From sequence record NC_023719.1: DNA of 64,000 nt, one strand, 5' to 3'. Position 1 is the first letter of the stretch; each line of letters opens with the position of its first letter. A program made the translations under genes and the position numbers. Shown in pieces: positions 10,741 through 19,574 of this stretch. The notes under the pieces are model-generated. The model was not told the DNA's origin. It made no database searches and saw only the letters and a list, made by a program, of their open reading frames with translations.

Positions 10741-11310
10741 GTGATATGCGTGTTACAAACAGTGAAATTTATTTTTAAAGGCCTTTATGGCGTAGAAGGT
10801 AATTATATATATAAAGTTGATAAATATGGTAGTGAATACATTACTCTTCAAACTGGAAAAGAATATCTTATGGAAGCTTCAAAATTAGCATATGTACCTA
10901 ATGAAGCAATTGAAATTATTGAACAAATTCCTCCAGTAGAAAATGGAGCTCAAGGTCCAAAAGGCGATAAAGGTGATAAGGGTGATAAGGGTACTACTGG
11001 GGCACAAGGTCCTAAGGGAGATACGGGAGCCCAAGGAATTCAAGGACCTAAAGGGGATACTGGTTCTCAAGGGCTTAAAGGCGACCCAGGGGCTCAGGGT
11101 ATTCAAGGTGTTAAGGGAGATAAAGGCGATCAAGGAACTGCTGGAGCGAAAGGAGATAAGGGTGACCCAGGTGTACCAATGCTAGCTGGTGCTACTGGTG
11201 CTAGACCATCTTCTCCAGCTAAAGGACAAATGTTTTATGATGAGACATTAGCAAAACCAATTGTCTATACTGGTAGTCAATGGGTAGATTTCTCTGGAGC
11301 AACAGTTTAA
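10741..11310 (+). CDS. Collagen-like fibre protein
   Basis: 26 consecutive Gly-X-Y triplets; C-terminal GATGARP...GQMFYDETLAKPIVYTGSQWVD motif seen at fibre termini. Confidence 0.85.
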   Translation: MICVLQTVKFIFKGLYGVEGNYIYKVDKYGSEYITLQTGKEYLMEASKLAYVPNEAIEIIEQIPPVENGAQGPKGDKGDKGDKGTTGAQGPKGDTGAQGIQGPKGDTGSQGLKGDPGAQGIQGVKGDKGDQGTAGAKGDKGDPGVPMLAGATGARPSSPAKGQMFYDETLAKPIVYTGSQWVDFSGATV

Positions 11311-11321
11311 ATATTAATCAG

Positions 11322-11350
11322 TTTACATTATTTGACTTTGTTGATATAAT
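11322..11350 (+). promoter_or_regulatory. Sigma-A-type (early) promoter
   Basis: TTTACA-N17-TATAAT with extended -10 TG. Confidence 0.8.
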
Positions 11351-11383
11351 AAACATATAATATAAACAAAGGAGAGAATATAG

Positions 11384-11554
11384 ATGACTGAAAAATCAAC
11401 TGGTAAATATAGTGATGGAACTTTTGGAGGGAAAGGTAAAACTCCACGAGTAAAAAGTGGTCCAACTTATGGGCAAGAACGAAGCCGAAATCAAGATGGA
11501 CAGTTTAGAGCAAAACGTTCTGATGCGGGTGTTAAAAGAGGACCTAAAAAATAA
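11384..11554 (+). CDS. Small basic Gly/Lys/Arg-rich protein (56 aa, not in ORF track)
   Basis: AAAGGAG RBS, own promoter, and terminator directly after; MTEKSTGKYS...RAKRSDAGVKRGPKK. Confidence 0.8.
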   Translation: MTEKSTGKYSDGTFGGKGKTPRVKSGPTYGQERSRNQDGQFRAKRSDAGVKRGPKK

Positions 11555-11565
11555 AACATAACTTT

Positions 11566-11596
11566 AAGCTGGTGGTAATTTTACCACCAGCTTTTT
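11566..11596 (+). terminator. Rho-independent terminator
   Basis: aagctggtggtaa/ttaccaccagctt perfect stem plus T-run. Confidence 0.9.
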
Positions 11597-11694
11597 ATTT
11601 TTGTCTCTAAATAACTCTAATTAATTAAATAATAATTATTTAATGTTAAATAAAATTGTTAGTTTAAATATATTTATATAAATTAGAGAATGAG

Positions 11695-11961
11695 GTGATT
11701 GAGATAATGCTAACTAAATTTGTAATTATTGGTTTGAATGATGGTTTAACTTCAGAAACTGTTGTAGATTTTTTAAATTTGACAAATGAATTTACTTCTT
11801 CAATTATTCTTAATAAAAGAGGACACGAAGCGAATGCGAAGAATATGATGGAGTTATTAGCTTTGTCGGTTAGAAAAACTGAAGAATTAACAATTCAAAT
11901 TGATGGAATTGATCAAGTTGAAGCGATTGAAGCTATTTATAAGTTTTTATCGAATGAATGA
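11695..11961 (+). CDS. HPr/Crh-like protein lacking His15 and Ser46 equivalents
   Basis: GL...F....N.FTS.I.L.K.G.E.NAK.MM.LL.L.V...EE.TI..DG.D..EA aligns with the HPr/Crh family. Confidence 0.85.
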   Translation: MIEIMLTKFVIIGLNDGLTSETVVDFLNLTNEFTSSIILNKRGHEANAKNMMELLALSVRKTEELTIQIDGIDQVEAIEAIYKFLSNE

Positions 11962-11970
11962 GGTGATAGT

Positions 11971-12138
11971 GTGAATATTCTTGTAACAATATGTATAATT
12001 TTCCCTATGTTATGTGTTGCTTTTTTACCAGTGGGGATGATGAAATTTGGAATAAAAATGACAGGTAGAGATTTATTCTTTATGCTTATAGGAATGTTTT
12101 TTATAAGCGGATTTACATTGATAGCTATACTTTATTAG
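11971..12138 (+). CDS. Small two-helix membrane protein (55 aa, not in ORF track)
   Basis: GAGGTG RBS, GTG start, two hydrophobic segments. Confidence 0.6.
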   Translation: MNILVTICIIFPMLCVAFLPVGMMKFGIKMTGRDLFFMLIGMFFISGFTLIAILY

Positions 12139-12189
12139 AGGACGTAGGCTTTCTTTTTTTATTAAAAACAAATAATAATATTAAAGGCA

Positions 12190-13092
12190 GTGATTAAAAT
12201 GATGATAAAAATACATCAAGATGTAAGGGAATTACTTAATGAATTAAACGAAATTGATGAATCGATAATTTTTGGTGGCTATTTAAGAGATATGATTTTT
12301 GATAACATCCCAAATGATGTTGATATTGCAACGAAAGTGCCAATAGATATTTTAGTAGAAAAATATGGGCATTTAGAGAAAGCGAAGAAGAGAAAAACAA
12401 CAAGCGGTCAAGATGTTTTTTCTTTTAAGATGCATAGAACAGAAAAAATATTTGTAGAGATAGTTTGTACACAAGATGATCTTTACGATAAAGCTAGAAA
12501 AGCTGATTACACACTTAATTCATTATTGTATGATGGGAAAAACCTAATAGATCTGCAGGGCGGGTTAGATGACATAAGTAATAAATTAATAAGAGAAGTA
12601 GATGCTAGAATCATCACAAAAGATCTAGAGACGAGACCATATTTGTGGTTAAAGACACTAAGATTAATTTCAGTTACAGGATTTGATTTATCCGATGAGA
12701 CCTTTAGTGTATTGAATGAAAATAAAAAATGTATTTACAATATTAGCAATGAGATTATGCAAACAGAAGGTCACAAAACTTTAAACGGACTAAATCCATT
12801 TAAAGCGATAGAGTTGTTACATAAGATGGGTTTTGTAGCGTCTTTTGATGTAAAACACTTCAAAGAAATAAAGTATTCTTTACAACCTCAACAGCAATTG
12901 TGTTTATTAGCTGTTTTATCTAACAAAGAAATAATAGATGATTTTATTAACTTTTATCATCTTCAACAAGATTTAAAAGAGAAATACGATAAACTATACT
13001 CTATGTATCATGGTGAAGACAAGGTACCGAGCCGTTTTAGACACCAAATTATTACTATTAAAAAAATAGTGAAAGAAATGGAGAGTAACTAA
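12190..13092 (+). CDS. Class II nucleotidyltransferase (CCA-adding/poly(A) polymerase family), divergent
   Basis: GGYLRD...DVDIAT catalytic motif; ADYTLNSL and DLQGGLDDI...LIR motifs. Confidence 0.85.
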   Translation: MIKMMIKIHQDVRELLNELNEIDESIIFGGYLRDMIFDNIPNDVDIATKVPIDILVEKYGHLEKAKKRKTTSGQDVFSFKMHRTEKIFVEIVCTQDDLYDKARKADYTLNSLLYDGKNLIDLQGGLDDISNKLIREVDARIITKDLETRPYLWLKTLRLISVTGFDLSDETFSVLNENKKCIYNISNEIMQTEGHKTLNGLNPFKAIELLHKMGFVASFDVKHFKEIKYSLQPQQQLCLLAVLSNKEIIDDFINFYHLQQDLKEKYDKLYSMYHGEDKVPSRFRHQIITIKKIVKEMESN

Positions 13093-13094
13093 AT

Positions 13095-13514
13095 ATGGAT
13101 AAAGTACAAAATAACTCTTTTATTCAAGAGGCTGAAGCTGTTATTGAAAATAGTTTTGTTGCATTAAGTTTAATGTGTAATTCAAAATTTAAGTTAGAAA
13201 CATCTGGTAGTGGAGAAATTTATAAAATATTTTGTATTAGAGAAAATTTTGATGGAAGTCATATATATGATGATATTTTAATAAGAGCGATAGTATTACG
13301 AAAACAAAATAGTGAGGGTGATGGAATGATAAAAATTGATTTACCAAGGAAATTTTTTAAAAGTGGAATTATTTTCCATAATAAGTTAAAAGGTATAAAA
13401 ATAAATCAAAGTTATTATAACTGGTATATAGATGCATATACGATTGACGAAGCAAATAGAGTTATAGATGTTGCAATACAGAAAATTATTAAAGAGTATA
13501 GAATGGTTCACTAA
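13095..13514 (+). CDS. Hypothetical protein
   Basis: 139-aa ORF directly downstream of the nucleotidyltransferase. Confidence 0.7.
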   Translation: MDKVQNNSFIQEAEAVIENSFVALSLMCNSKFKLETSGSGEIYKIFCIRENFDGSHIYDDILIRAIVLRKQNSEGDGMIKIDLPRKFFKSGIIFHNKLKGIKINQSYYNWYIDAYTIDEANRVIDVAIQKIIKEYRMVH

Positions 13515-13604
13515 ACTTAGTAGACTGTTTTTATTTAATTTTCAATTATTATGTGATATAATATATATATAAGGTTTAATATTTATAATTAATGAGGTGA
13601 TAAA

Positions 13605-13937
13605 ATGAATGAGTTAGCTATTTATGGTACTGATTATACTATAACACACGACTTGGGTGAAGAGTTCAATGAACAATTTGATAATCTAGTTACATTAATG
13701 CTTTTATTTGGCTATGAGGTTACTTCTTTTCGTAGAGATAGAACACGTAAAGGTTGGGATTACATCTCATCGATATATTCAGTACTTAATGGTAAGACGC
13801 ATGAATATATTATGAACATAATTTTACGAGTAGATAAGCAGGAAAAATTAATTTCATTTTATATTCACGATAATGTAAATGGTGTAGATGCAAAAGAAAA
13901 CGTATTTGAATATTGTTATTCTTTAATAATAAAATAA
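13605..13937 (+). CDS. Hypothetical protein
   Basis: GAGGTG RBS; 110 aa; paralog of the downstream pseudogene. Confidence 0.75.
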   Translation: MNELAIYGTDYTITHDLGEEFNEQFDNLVTLMLLFGYEVTSFRRDRTRKGWDYISSIYSVLNGKTHEYIMNIILRVDKQEKLISFYIHDNVNGVDAKENVFEYCYSLIIK

Positions 13938-13948
13938 GAGGTGATAAA

Positions 13949-14134
13949 ATGACTGGATTAGAAATCTATAATACTAATGAAACAATAACACATAGTTTAG
14001 GCTAAAGATTTAATGACGAAATCGATGTTTTATTAACATTTTTAATGTTATCAAATTATGAAATCACTACTTGGAAGTCTAATAAAATTGAGAAGCATGG
14101 TGGTTATTTTAAATTGGAGAGTGAAAAACAATGA
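13949..14134 (+). pseudogene. Truncated tandem paralog of 13605-13937 with in-frame TAA at 14003-14005
   Basis: Same gaggtgataaaatg RBS; MTGLEIYNTNETITHSLG*RFNDEIDVLLTFLMLSNYEIT aligns with MNELAIYGTDYTITHDLGEEFNEQFDNLVTLMLLFGYEVT. Confidence 0.75.
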
Positions 14135-14691
14135 GTTTCAAAAAAATAGGTACAATTTTTGATAAATATCTAGCTGGTTTCCCAGTTGATAAAACTGTTT
14201 CTCTTATACATGGTGAAAATGGAACAGGGAAAACTAAAGTATTAGAAAAATTAATTGAGTATTATACTAAACGTGGAGAAAATGTAATTTATTTCCCTGA
14301 TGATAGATTTTTTCAATTAACAGCTGATGAAGTAGAATCTGTATTAGTTATGTCTGCTATTGGAGAAGAAACTAATATATTCAAAAAGCTTGATATGAAA
14401 ATAAATACTTGGGATTATGAAAATAAAGAGGGTACATTCATAAATTCAGGCAATTTACAGATTGTTAATTTTGTTGGTTCTATCATGTTAGCTCCCAAGC
14501 CTTCTATAGTGATAATTGATAATATCGAGAAAAGCCTACATATTTCAAAACAAGATTTAATTGTAGGGTTATTAAAGTCACTTAAAAACACTAAAAAATT
14601 GATAGCTGTAACATATTCTCCAAGCATTATTAGTGATCATCAATTAGAAACATTGCATATTAAAAATTGTGTAAACTTAAGAGACGACTAA
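14131..14691 (+). CDS. Minimal ABC-type (AAA_21-like) ATPase
   Basis: Walker A GENGTGKT; Walker B region IVIIDNIEKSLH; TYSP H-loop equivalent. Confidence 0.8.
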   Translation: MSFKKIGTIFDKYLAGFPVDKTVSLIHGENGTGKTKVLEKLIEYYTKRGENVIYFPDDRFFQLTADEVESVLVMSAIGEETNIFKKLDMKINTWDYENKEGTFINSGNLQIVNFVGSIMLAPKPSIVIIDNIEKSLHISKQDLIVGLLKSLKNTKKLIAVTYSPSIISDHQLETLHIKNCVNLRDD

Positions 14692-15342
14692 ATGATTGAG
14701 ATAAGATTGAGAGATATAATTAAAGGGCTTATTAGTTTACCATTTGAAATGTTATTTGTTAGTTTAGATTTTTCTAGTAGAAGAAAACGTAAAAAACTAG
14801 TAAGAGAATTTACAGATTGTTTAGATAATGAAGTAAAAGAATTTGCTAAATTTTTAGATTTTGAAGATATTGAATTAATAAGATATAAAGAAAGCTTTTT
14901 TACTGACGGTACTACGTTAGAGTTGCGGTTTAGAGAATCGCACGACAATGAAACAAGTAGACTCACAGTCGTAATTACTGGTAAGTGTGAAATAAGAGTA
15001 GGGTATGGTAATGGATGGGCTTACTACAAAAACAACGATATAGATAATATCGCTTCAAATATGCTTAGATATCTAGATAGAATAAAACTATCTTTAGAGG
15101 AGGATAAGCATTGGCATCAAGAGATTTTTAATCCGCTTTTAGAAAGTTACAATGTTAAGGGATATCAAAAAGTAAGGCATGCACATATAGTGAATCTATT
15201 TGGAAATACACATGAAAAATCTATTAGAGCGAAACAAGATTTAATAGACTTCTTTGGAGATGAAGTGAAAGCAGATAGTTTCATAAAAGATATTAATAAT
15301 ATCTATTTAAACAGAATAGTATTGTACAAAATGTTAAAGTAA
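14692..15342 (+). CDS. Hypothetical protein
   Basis: 216-aa ORF abutting the previous stop codon. Confidence 0.7.
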   Translation: MIEIRLRDIIKGLISLPFEMLFVSLDFSSRRKRKKLVREFTDCLDNEVKEFAKFLDFEDIELIRYKESFFTDGTTLELRFRESHDNETSRLTVVITGKCEIRVGYGNGWAYYKNNDIDNIASNMLRYLDRIKLSLEEDKHWHQEIFNPLLESYNVKGYQKVRHAHIVNLFGNTHEKSIRAKQDLIDFFGDEVKADSFIKDINNIYLNRIVLYKMLK

Positions 15343-15429
15343 TTTAGAGATGATTTAAAAATTGTCTCTATTTTAATTAGAATTCTATGTAATAATTATT
15401 TAATAACAAAAATAGAAATCAAAGGGGCT

Positions 15430-15789
15430 ATGAAAATGGAAAGTAAGATGAAAGAATTAATCGAACGTTTGGAGAAACTTGAGGAGTATTGTGAACAAAA
15501 TAGTCATTTGACTTTTTACTCTTTGTACAATAAAATTATGAATCAAGTGAGAGAGTTAAATGATTTTGCAATGCTACATGAGTTACCATTAAAGATTGAT
15601 GCTCACGATTTAGTAAACAAACATATTAGAAAATACGGCGCAAAAAATGAAGTAATTGATGAAGGTGAAGATACTTCTGTTAAGGTTGAAGTAGAAATAG
15701 ATGAAAGCTACCAAGAAAATAAAGACTCTTATGAAGATTATGAAGATGAAAGTTCTTATGAAGAAGAAGAAACAAGTTCATCTTGGTAA
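15430..15789 (+). CDS. Hypothetical protein with acidic C-terminus
   Basis: 119 aa; tail rich in E/D/S/Y. Confidence 0.7.
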   Translation: MKMESKMKELIERLEKLEEYCEQNSHLTFYSLYNKIMNQVRELNDFAMLHELPLKIDAHDLVNKHIRKYGAKNEVIDEGEDTSVKVEVEIDESYQENKDSYEDYEDESSYEEEETSSSW

Positions 15790-15823
15790 ATAAAAACAAT
15801 AACAGAAAGGTGATGGAATATAC

Positions 15824-16828
15824 ATGTTAGTAATTGGTTCACAAGCTCTATTAAGTAAAGTAGATCCTACTCCGTTTGGAAATAGAAAGTTGAAAGCAGA
15901 TTTTGACGTTATTATGTCATTTGAAGATTTTTTAAGTTGGACTAAACAATATGATAGTGATATAAAATCTCTTATCCCAAAGACTCCGAATAAATATAAA
16001 GCTATTGTATTAAAAGATGGCAAAAGAAAGCAATATGAAATTGAAATAGCTGCTGAGGGATCATCTTCAAAGTTCCTGTTAGATAATATTGAAGATGTAA
16101 GTGATGGTGTTGTAGAAGGCTTCCTTGGGGAAGAATATAGAGCTCTAAACTTACATTACCAAGCTTTGACAAAAAGATCACATTTGATTTATCCAATTCA
16201 TTTTGAAAAAAATATTGAAGATTATCATTTAATTAAAGACTTAATTGGTAATTTTGAAAAAAATAAAGTAATGAGTGAGTATTATCAGTTAAGATTTGAT
16301 GAAACAAGAAATAGAATAAAACAAAGAACTCCTAAACTTAATGTTTCAACGGAAGATTTCTTTAGTTCCAAGTTACCAGTACCTAACTATTTCGTACATG
16401 ATCATATTCATGAAATGATGGCGCATTTTGATAGACCAATTTTTACAATGATGCAAAAAGATGCTAGTAAAGCTTGGTGTGAAAAAGATATGTTTTTTGC
16501 ACTACCATATGATTATCAAATTAAAAGCGTACAAGAAGAAGCTTATGTGATTGCATTAGAACGGTATGTGATTCCGCAATATGGTGACAATTGTAATGAT
16601 TACTTTGAAAGCTATAAAAAAGCGGTAAAAAGGATTTGCACTACATTAACATCTGGTTGGTTTAGAGATTTTGCTATTGAAAATTACGATAAAGTAATTG
16701 AGCAATATAATCCAAGATATGTTAATGATTTTGTAGAATGTGTATTAAGAAAGAAAATTGTGCCATTAAATAATGCAGCAGTTTCAAGTGTACCTTTAAT
16801 TCAATATCAATTTAAAATTTCTCAATAA
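15824..16828 (+). CDS. Putative Pol-beta-like nucleotidyltransferase-fold protein
   Basis: N-terminal VIGS...ADFDV (GS + DxD); C-terminal HDHIHE motif. Confidence 0.55.
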   Translation: MLVIGSQALLSKVDPTPFGNRKLKADFDVIMSFEDFLSWTKQYDSDIKSLIPKTPNKYKAIVLKDGKRKQYEIEIAAEGSSSKFLLDNIEDVSDGVVEGFLGEEYRALNLHYQALTKRSHLIYPIHFEKNIEDYHLIKDLIGNFEKNKVMSEYYQLRFDETRNRIKQRTPKLNVSTEDFFSSKLPVPNYFVHDHIHEMMAHFDRPIFTMMQKDASKAWCEKDMFFALPYDYQIKSVQEEAYVIALERYVIPQYGDNCNDYFESYKKAVKRICTTLTSGWFRDFAIENYDKVIEQYNPRYVNDFVECVLRKKIVPLNNAAVSSVPLIQYQFKISQ

Positions 16829-16832
16829 TGAG

Positions 16833-17453
16833 GTGCTAGTTTTGGGTAAGTATAGAAAGAATGTTTTAAGACCTACAAGGAAAAAAATACCAAACTTATT
16901 AGATCGAGTAAGAGAACATATAGTCCATTTAAGAGATTACGGTGATGAAATAGCTAAAAAAGAAAGAAGATATTTTAGAGGTTTTGTTACTAAGGAATCT
17001 CTCGCTAAGCAATTTGGAGTTCTAGAAGGAGAAATTCAACACTGTTTACAAAAACTAAATTTAGAAGGTTTAGTATCGCAAGCTATAAAGATGCGAGGTG
17101 ATGATAGATGGACACCAGATTTTTACTATATCAATAATTGCGTGTATGTAAAAGAGGAAGAAAAAGCTCATCCATTATTTAATTTAGATATTTGTCCTAT
17201 ATGCGAAACAGAATTAGAGGCAAAATCACACCGTCCCCATATTACTCCATTTAATAAGCATTGTCCAAATAAGTGTTTTTCTCATACAATGGAAGACGAC
17301 GGAAATATTGTAACTATTTTTGGGAAAGACATCTATTTCAAGGAAATGTTAAGCAAAGGTTTAAAGCACCAAGCAAGAAACACTATGGACAAAGAAATAG
17401 CTTATTGGAGAAAAGATTATCGTTATGTCTTAAAACTATTAGAGGGTAAATAA
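16833..17453 (+). CDS. Winged-helix protein with Cys cluster
   Basis: TKESLAKQFGV...IQHCLQKLNLEGLV HTH pattern; CPIC...HCPNKC. Confidence 0.55.
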   Translation: MLVLGKYRKNVLRPTRKKIPNLLDRVREHIVHLRDYGDEIAKKERRYFRGFVTKESLAKQFGVLEGEIQHCLQKLNLEGLVSQAIKMRGDDRWTPDFYYINNCVYVKEEEKAHPLFNLDICPICETELEAKSHRPHITPFNKHCPNKCFSHTMEDDGNIVTIFGKDIYFKEMLSKGLKHQARNTMDKEIAYWRKDYRYVLKLLEGK

Positions 17454-17692
17454 TGAGAAATGTAAAAATAGAAACTCGAGGCAACCATATGAGTGGCTGC
17501 AATTTTTGTGACAAGAGCGAAACAAGAGGAAATTACTTACTGCATTTATATGAAGAAATGTTTATTGCAACTGGTAATTATGTCAAAATTTCAATTTGCT
17601 CAGAATGTATAGAAGAACTAGCTAGAGTAAAAGATCAATACCATGCAGAAAAAATCGCTAATATTTTAGCAAGTAAAGAGGGGAAAGTATGA
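17453..17692 (+). CDS. Small zinc-finger protein
   Basis: CNFC...CSEC; stop/start overlap with upstream gene. Confidence 0.65.
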   Translation: MRNVKIETRGNHMSGCNFCDKSETRGNYLLHLYEEMFIATGNYVKISICSECIEELARVKDQYHAEKIANILASKEGKV

Positions 17693-18399
17693 TAAAATAC
17701 GTACATGGATCTGAAGATTCTTTAGATGTCGATGTATTGTATGTTTTTGATAAAATGCCATTTTCAGCAGCTTGTAAAGAGTTTTGTTCTGATACTAACG
17801 AAAACAGAAACATTATAGTTGTGGAAAGTGGCATTGTTATTGATTGTTTTAAAGGTACTATTGATGAAATTAATAACGGTTTATTAGAGACATACAACTT
17901 ACATGAACAAAGTTTTGAAAACATAGTAACAAAAAAGGTAGAACGCGATCTATTAATTAAAGCGATCCGCGTAATGAGATGTTTATTGTCTCATTGTTCT
18001 AGAACGCAATATAGGAATGCTGTGAAAAAAGCTGTAAAAAGTAATAGTTGGAAAGAGAGAATAGAAATTTTATCTACTATCGATTTTACAAATATTAACG
18101 ATTTTAATAAAATAGGATCGAAAAAAGATGTTTATAAGGTTTTTGCGTTTCAATTAGGTCAAGTCCTTGCTCTATTTAATCATAAAGAACTTTATACTAA
18201 GTCTTCTATAGCAAAAGAGTTTCCTCTGTTAAAAGAATTTTTGTATAGACACGATAATGTTAATGTAAAAAACTTAAACCTTTTTGTTAGCGAATTTTTA
18301 AGTATAGTTAGTGGTTTTGATATTGAAGAAAGTGAAGAATTTGTTTATTTTAAAGATTTTGAAAAGAAAATAAACTTAAGAAATGAACAATATCTATAA
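17689..18399 (+). CDS. Putative Pol-beta-like nucleotidyltransferase
   Basis: YVHGSEDSLDVDV (GS + DxD) at N-terminus, helical C-terminus. Confidence 0.6.
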   Translation: MIKYVHGSEDSLDVDVLYVFDKMPFSAACKEFCSDTNENRNIIVVESGIVIDCFKGTIDEINNGLLETYNLHEQSFENIVTKKVERDLLIKAIRVMRCLLSHCSRTQYRNAVKKAVKSNSWKERIEILSTIDFTNINDFNKIGSKKDVYKVFAFQLGQVLALFNHKELYTKSSIAKEFPLLKEFLYRHDNVNVKNLNLFVSEFLSIVSGFDIEESEEFVYFKDFEKKINLRNEQYL

Positions 18400-18412
18400 G
18401 GGGATGAGCTAA

Positions 18413-18835
18413 ATGGATAAAAAATTAATCTTTTCTTTAACGGACGAAAAAGGAAGAGAATTTAAATTAATTGGTGATTTAGAAAATATTCAGAAAGAAA
18501 TTATAAAATTACAAACTGAAACAGATGAGGAAGGATATCACTATTGGGATGGTGGAGATGAAAGACCAAGTAACGCAGATGATCGCTTTAAAGAAATGGT
18601 AGAGGTTTCTGCATATTTTGATGAAGATTTTGACTGGACTGAAATTATCAACACTTTACCTAAAAAGAAAAATGGTACTTTTTCTAAAGGGAGAGTTCAT
18701 AGATTGCATAGAGCTCGTTCATTTTCTAGTTTGTGGGAAGATAGTTATGGATATGGCGCTCCAGAAGTTAGAATTAAAGTACTTAGTGATTTAGAGGCCC
18801 ATGTAGAATTTGGTTGGTATGTAGAAAAATATTAA
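18413..18835 (+). CDS. Hypothetical protein
   Basis: 140-aa ORF with GGGA RBS. Confidence 0.7.
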   Translation: MDKKLIFSLTDEKGREFKLIGDLENIQKEIIKLQTETDEEGYHYWDGGDERPSNADDRFKEMVEVSAYFDEDFDWTEIINTLPKKKNGTFSKGRVHRLHRARSFSSLWEDSYGYGAPEVRIKVLSDLEAHVEFGWYVEKY

Positions 18836-18839
18836 AAAA

Positions 18840-18866
18840 TAAAAAACCGCTATAAGCGGTTTTTTA
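18840..18866. terminator. Bidirectional terminator
   Basis: aaaaaaccgc-tataa-gcggtttttt between convergent genes. Confidence 0.85.
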
Positions 18867-19250
18867 TTTTGCTATTAAATTGTGTTTTTGAACAATGTCA
18901 TTATAAGCAGTACCATTTAGAATATTTGTTAAAAGAGAATAGGATATATTGAACTGTTCGATAATGTCTTTTTTACTAACATTATTATTAAGTAATTCGA
19001 AAATTTCTATAATATCTTTTTCTTTTAGTTTTCTATTGTTAAGTTTTATTTGACTTCTATCTTTAATAGGTTCATGTTCTTTACCTAATTTTTTCAAAAC
19101 ATCTTTATACAACTTGCCTTTTTCTATTAAATACAATGTTCCTTCAGCAACATTATACATTTTTGAAACCTGTCTTCTAGAAATACCTTCATCTCTTAAC
19201 TGTAATATTTCTTTTACATCATTCTCAGAAAGCATTCTTTTTCTACTCAA
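18864..19250 (-). CDS. Tandem HTH DNA-binding protein
   Basis: Two repeats of L.E.D..EI..L...G.S...I...YN.S...L..I..G..Y.D; GAGGTG RBS and own promoter. Confidence 0.75.
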   Translation of the reverse strand: MSRKRMLSENDVKEILQLRDEGISRRQVSKMYNVAEGTLYLIEKGKLYKDVLKKLGKEHEPIKDRSQIKLNNRKLKEKDIIEIFELLNNNVSKKDIIEQFNISYSLLTNILNGTAYNDIVQKHNLIAK

Positions 19251-19285
19251 TTTATTTCACCTCTCATATATCTTCTTGTAAATTT

Positions 19286-19314
19286 ATTATATCATCATTT
19301 TCCGAATCTGTAAA
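19286..19314 (-). promoter_or_regulatory. Sigma-A-type (early) promoter
   Basis: TTTACA-N17-TATAAT on the minus strand. Confidence 0.8.
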
Positions 19315-19574
19315 CTATATGTTATTAGGAAATTATATAGCTAAATATATATTATTTAATTACAGATAATTAACTCAGCGATAAAATTAGGTGATTTATG
19401 ATTGAATATAAAAAATTAAGAATATTTCAAAATAAGTACAAAAAGAAGAGATAATTTGTGTTATTTTTTGTATTTAATTATAGTTAAGCGTGATAAACAT
19501 ATATTATAAGATAGAAAAGCATTGTTATTAAGAAATATGGCAATCGATTGTTTGAGACGAGGAGGTTTACTTGA

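Noticed and set aside
18864-19250. Homing endonuclease
   Set aside because: Only the HTH repeats are present; no HNH or GIY-YIG catalytic domain
19397-19460. Tiny ORF MIEYKKLRIFQNKYKKKR after an AGGTG RBS
   Set aside because: Only 18 codons with no further support
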